From: Jimgerdemannia flammicorona
Taxonomy: Eukaryota
DNA: 42,723 nt
Reading direction: 5' to 3'
Assembly: GCA_003990765.1 (NCBI GenBank)
Contig: RBNJ01000085.1
Location: forward strand, 1 to 42,723
Shown here: positions 37,598 through 42,723 of the stretch, one piece after another
Layout: every line of letters starts with the position of its first letter
How positions within the stretch are numbered: the first letter of the stretch is position 1
The notes under the pieces: model-generated
The model's database searches: none
Told to the model about the DNA's origin: nothing
Seen by the model: only the letters and a program-made list of their open reading frames with translations
Made by a program: the position numbers and the translations under genes

Positions 37598-38151
37598 TCA
37601 TTTGTAGTAAGTCTTTGAGCTATTTTGGGGTTAGTGGTTCTTGTTGGTTACTGCTACTGCAGTTCCTTGATCCTTCTTTTATATTCTTCAGGATGCTTGT
37701 GCTGTGGTCACAATGACTCACGGTTGGTCATCATTGCTCATCTCATATACTGTATGATCTTCTTGTGCTCTGATCTGATGGCTTACAAGGAAAGGCTGTC
37801 TCCTGTGCTGATGTCATTATTCTGGGGTCACTATTACATCTTTCTCCTGAATAAGGATCTTCCTGAGTATCCTATTCATTGGTCCAGTCTTGAAAAATTT
37901 GCTGATCCCATAACCTCTGGCAAGGGGTCGAAAACTGGTGTTTATAGGCTGGTGTCTTCCCTTTGTATTTTGGTGTGATGGTGAAGAGTCGCTCCCTTCA
38001 TATAGAGCAAGGGCCTGATTCTGATCTTGACCAATCAGTTGATGGTTCAAACTCCTCTGACTGTGAAAGTCTTATGGATGAGTAGTTGCCAGTACCATAT
38101 CCCTTAGAGAATGGTCCAGACAGATAGCCTGCTGGTCACAGGACATGCTGT

Positions 38152-41100
38152 TACAATTTGCAGACTAGAACCTCATGGGTGGTCATCACGTTTTGCTTCT
38201 CTTGTATAGGTTTATGGTACTTCTTGAGCCTGTTCCTATGTACCATGGTAGACAGTATGGTCCCTGAGATTTTTCTAAGCCAGAAGGTAGTTCCCTTGAT
38301 ATCTTTTACATAGAAGGGTCCTTCCCATTTGGGCTCTAGTTTTCGTGACTATGAAGCTTCTACCATATTTCGATACAGTAGAATCTTTTCTCCAATTTGG
38401 ATGGGCTTGTGATTCTTTTCCACATTCTTTCTTGTCAGTGCTTGTGACTTAGTGATATAATCTTCAGCCTTCTTCCTGATTTGGTGTAGTCTCTGGATTT
38501 CTGCATCAATCCATCTCCAAGTTAGGTCTAGATTTGTGGCTGAGGTTCCATCAGAATCTTCTTCTCCGAAGAGCAGCTCTCTTGGGGTAAAATGTGTGCT
38601 CTGTAACCATATATCTCATAGGACAGAGAGAGTAGTTGGGAGATAGTTATCCCAATTCTCATATGTCTCTGAGATCTTTGCTAGGATGTTCTTGAGGGTC
38701 TTGTTGGTTCTCTCTGTCTGTCCATTTCCTTGAGGGTGGTACGTGGTGGTCTTGATGTACTGGATCTTGTATTTCTGATACATTATCTCATGGAATCCAT
38801 TGACAAATTCTGTACCACAGTCTGTTGTGATTTGCTTTGATGTCTTGTAGTGGTAAATGATTTCTCAGTGTAAGAAGTCAGCTATAGAGAGGGCATTGGC
38901 TTCTTGTAATACTCCTGCCTCTATCCATTTGTTGAAGAGATCTACAATAACTATAATATAGCAGTTTCCTGATAGTGTTACTGGTAGTGGTCCAATGATA
39001 TCCATTGTGATGTGGTGGAAGGGGATAGGCTCAATTCTTGATGATCCGGGTGCCTGGTCTTACTGATCTTGTTTCTGTTTTTGGCACTTGTCACACCCTT
39101 TGACAAATTGGTGCAGGTCTCCTTCCATCTTGAGCCACCACATGGTTCTTCTTGTCTTGTTATATGTATTGGTTCCTCCTAAGTGTCCTTGCTCACATAC
39201 TTCCTTCATTACTTGATACTTCTTGTATTCAGATATTACTAGCTTTCCTCCTTTTCTGAGTATAGTGTTGTCTAATTCAAACTGTTTCCAAGTCTGGTTG
39301 ATGATGGTGATTGTCCAGGGTTAGAGGTGGTTGGACATCTTCTGCTGCCCAAGGTAGCTGATTAATCCATAGTATAGCTCCTTATTCATATTGAGTAGTC
39401 TTGATGGGGGTGTTTTGGGGTGTCCTTGAGAGTGCATCGGCATTGGTGTTGGTCTTTCCTGAGTGGTGCTTAACAGTATAGTCATACTCTTGCAGCCTGT
39501 AGATCTATCTGGCATATATTTCTTTAGGGTTCAGAGTGTGGAATAGCCAGACAAGAGCAGAATGGTCTGTTTGAATGGTGAAGTATTTTCCAGCTAGGTA
39601 GTAGTGGAACTTGTCTACTGCCCAAACTACTGCTAAGTATTCAAGCTTACATGACTCATAGTACTGTTCTGCTCTGCAGGTACCTCAGCTTGCATAGGAG
39701 ATGACATATTCATGTCCATCTTTCTTCTGAGCTAGAACTGCTCCAAGTCCTATAGCACTCGCGTCTGTCTGCAGGATGAATTCTAGGTTCCAGTCTGGTC
39801 TTCTGAGGATGGGTACTTGGGTCAACCTGGTCTTGAGTTCATTGAAGGTTTCTTGGTACTCCTTGGTCCATTCGAATTTAGTCTCCTTCTTCAGTAGCTC
39901 GTAGATAGGTGCTGCAATATTGGAGTATCCTTTGATGAATCTTCTATAGTAGCTGGACAGTCCAAGGAAGGCATGGACTTCTGTAGTTGTTCTGGGTCTC
40001 GGGTAGGCTGCAACAGCCTCAATCTTCATGGGGTCTGTGTGGATTCCAGTCTGGTTGATGAGGTGTCCTAGGTAGGCAATTTCTTGAGCTGTAAACTTGT
40101 ATTTCTTGGGCTTGATGTAGAGGCCATGCTTCTTGAGCCTCTTGAGGGCTAGCTGTATGTGATTGATATGTTCCTGTATAGTGTTGCTGAAGATGATCAC
40201 ATTATCAACATAGACAAAGAGCCATTTTCCAATCTCATTGCTGAAGACTCTGTTCATCATTTGCTGGAAACTTGCTGGGGTATTGCACATTCCAAATGGC
40301 ATTTGCAGATAGATATAGGTGGCATTAGGTGTGATGAAGGCTGATTTCTCACTGGCATCTTGAGTGAGACCAATCTGATAGAAGCCTGAGAACAGATCCA
40401 AGGTGGTATAGTATTTGGCTTCACTTCTAAGGGTGGTAAGGATTTCTTGAATATTTGGCAAGGGCTGCCTATCCTTCTTGGTGATGGCATTGAGTTTCCT
40501 GTAGTCAATACAGAGTCTTGGTGCAAACTCTCCAGGCTTGCTTCCTTTCTTCGGGGCAAGGACAATGGGTGAGGCCCAGGGGCTGATAGCTTGCTTGATG
40601 ATTCTGACTTCTTCCATTTCTTTGAGTTTGGCTCACAGCCACTCTCTGTAGGCAGGTGGTATGGGTCTGGCTTTCTGATAGATAGGCTTGGTATCACCAG
40701 TGTCAACTTTGTAGTAGTACTTGGGTTCTTGATTGTGGATATCCCTAAAGTCTGTAGCAAGTACTCCTTCATTCTGGTACAGGATCTTGAGAAGTTGTTC
40801 CTCCAGAGGAAAGTTTTCTCTAATGATATATGTGTGCTTGTTCTGGTCCTTGTCTTTCTTTTGCTTAAGTTCAGTAATCTTGGTGGCAGCATAGGCTCCT
40901 CTTCCAGTAGATCCAAAGCCTTGTTCTCCTCTCTTAGTCTTGATAAGTTCAGTGGCTTCTATGATCTTGGGCTTCTTGATTTCGTGGATCAGCATCTGGC
41001 CAATCCTGTCATGCTTCTTGACTTCGAAGGGGATGGTGTGGTTGTGATTTCTGACTATGAGAAAAATCTTACCAGTGTAATTAAGGTCAATTACTCCTCC

Positions 41101-42691
41101 TTCAACAGAGATTTTGCTTTTAGCCAGACTGCTCCTGGTCTTGATAATTCTGGCATAGTTTTTGGCAACTTGACTCCAATTCTAGTGCCAAGTAGAGTAG
41201 TGGTCTGTGGTTCAAGGGTAGCATCTTGGATGCTGGCAAGGTCCATTCCTATGGCTCCTTCAGTCTTGTATTCTGGGATCTTGGCTTCAGGGTGAAACTT
41301 CTTGACCTTGAGGGTGATGTCTGATTCTTGTTCCTCCTCATCATCACTGTCAGCTTGAAGCTCTGGGGGCTGGTCATCTTCTTCGGCTTTCCTTTTTGCT
41401 TTGGCAGCTTCTTGCTCATGTTTCTATTGGTGGATTTTCCTGACTTCACTGATACAGGGCCAGCAGTCATTCAGATGTTCAGAGCAGTATATTCTAGTAC
41501 CATGGGGGCATCTTCCTTGAGGGGCATACCCATCAATGATCTTATTATACCACTGCTCATCTGTGAGCTTGGGTGTCTTGTTCTTGTTCTTGTTTACCAA
41601 GTACATGAAGACCTCTGTGTCTTCTTCATCTCTTTTCTCTATGTCTGGCAGGACTCCTTTGTGGACATTGATAGAAACTTGTACCTTTCTTCCTCTGTAG
41701 TTGATCTGCATCTTCTGGGCATTGAGGTCAATGATGGCCTTGGCCTTATGAAGCCATTGTTGCCAATGAGGATATCATAGTTGGTGGTACTTATAACAAT
41801 CATGTCTACTGAGATAGTAGCTCCTCCTATCTTGATGGGGACTTCTCAGATTTTGTCAAGGGGGGTAGCTCATATACCATCTACTGTGACATAGACCATC
41901 TTGGTGGATTCTTCAATATCCCAACCTAGGTGCTCAATTGTCTTCTTGCTCATGAGGCATCCTCCAGCACCAGTATCAATAATGGCATCAAAGATACAGT
42001 CTTCGATCTGGCAGGGGGTATAGGCTGATGTCTTGTGCTGGTCTTCAGATTCTTCACCTGAGTTCTCAGATTCTTCTTGTGCATTGTAAGCTTCTATAAT
42101 CTTGTACTCTTGATTTTTGACAGTAGTTGCAAGTCTTACTCTCAACTGCTGTCTAAAGGCAGGGACTTCAGCTAGCTGTCCAAAAGTGGCATTGACCTTC
42201 TGTTTCTTGAGATCCTTGTAGATATCATACTGGTAGATCTTGGTCTTATGCAGCTTCTGTTCCTTCTTGCTGGAGTAGTGCCTTCGATAATCTGGCAGGC
42301 AGCTTCATCTAACTCCATGTCTTGATCAATCTCCTCGGGTTGGGTCTTGCTTTGAATAGTGATAGCTGGAGTCTTCTTTGGTCTTCCAACTGACTTACTG
42401 TTGCTCTTCTTGTTATAGGGCTTGGACCGGGTTCTGGTACCTTCAGTAGCAGGGTAGAATTCGAGCTCCTTGTAGTATTATTCATCATCAGTGTCACTGA
42501 TCTCCTCGATGACTACTGTATTGGTTTGTTCTCTGGTTCTGCTAGCATTACTTGGTTGGGCTTTACATCTCGTTTCGGTCATGCAACTCTTTGCATAGTG
42601 GCCTTCTTCTCCACATCTGAAGCATGTGATATTGCATTCTTCTATAGCAGCTGCAAATCTCTGCACTGGTCTCCTGTTGGCACTTCAGACT

Positions 42692-42693
<2 letters not shown>
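38152..42693 (-). pseudogene. pol: E gag-pol remnant
   Basis: 310-aa RT/RNase H ORF at 39685-40617 (LCIDYRKLN, YVDNVIIF, LQTDASAIGLGAVL); IIDTGAGGC protease; integrase core at about 38650-39010. Confidence 0.95.
40890..41310 (-). pseudogene. dut: dUTPase domain of E, between protease and RT
   Basis: GMDLAS...TRSSLA...GGVIDLNYTGKI...RIGQMLI...RGEQGFGSTG. Confidence 0.92.

Positions 42694-42723
<30 letters not shown>
42694..42723. repeat. Poly(T) run of 30 nt at the window end
   Basis: Seen directly. Confidence 0.95.

Larger units (their letters stand above)
36279..37838 (-). repeat. 3' LTR of E (1.56 kb)
   Basis: tgtcac...attaca. Boundaries are fixed by the solo LTR at 18708-20260. TATAAATA on the minus strand near 36508-36515. 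Confidence 0.9.
36279..42693 (-). mobile_element. Ty3/Gypsy element E (related to B); 5' end not present in the window
   Basis: 3' LTR at 36279-37838; PPT tctttctcctgaa at 37839-37851; then IN, RH, RT, dUTPase, Cys module, PR and the knuckle CFRCGEEGHYAKSC. Confidence 0.93.

Noticed and set aside
38148-38155. ctgttaca as an alternative E LTR end
   Set aside because: The solo LTR is collinear with an end at 37838, and the PPT follows 37838, not 38155.

Overview
Eukaryotic, probably fungal, heterochromatin-like DNA made almost entirely of nested, decayed transposons; no intact host gene or RNA gene is visible. A Mucoromycota/Glomeromycota host is my inference from protein style only. LTR ends, polypurine tracts (PPT) and target-site duplications (TSD) resolve the nesting. 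A D-family LTR relic (268-14515) is interrupted by chromovirus A1 (963-13694, TSD GTGTT), whose 5' LTR holds Ty3/Gypsy element B (6984-13678, TSD CTAT). Sola-like transposase and Copia relics follow (14600-16358). Element C (16359-31640) carries an inverted solo LTR (18708-20260, TSD CTAT) and full-length chromovirus D (20636-31283, TSD ATTAC). A second A copy (31645-36278) is interrupted by element E (36279-42693). All are eroded by C>T/G>A transitions at CpG and CpA. Three points stand out: three distinct Gypsy families (B, C/E, D) share a homologous accessory ORF I do not recognise, which in C/E and D lies inside 1.5-2 kb LTRs; all four families encode dUTPase, in two different positions; and a small Cys/His module sits next to the dUTPase in B, D and E.
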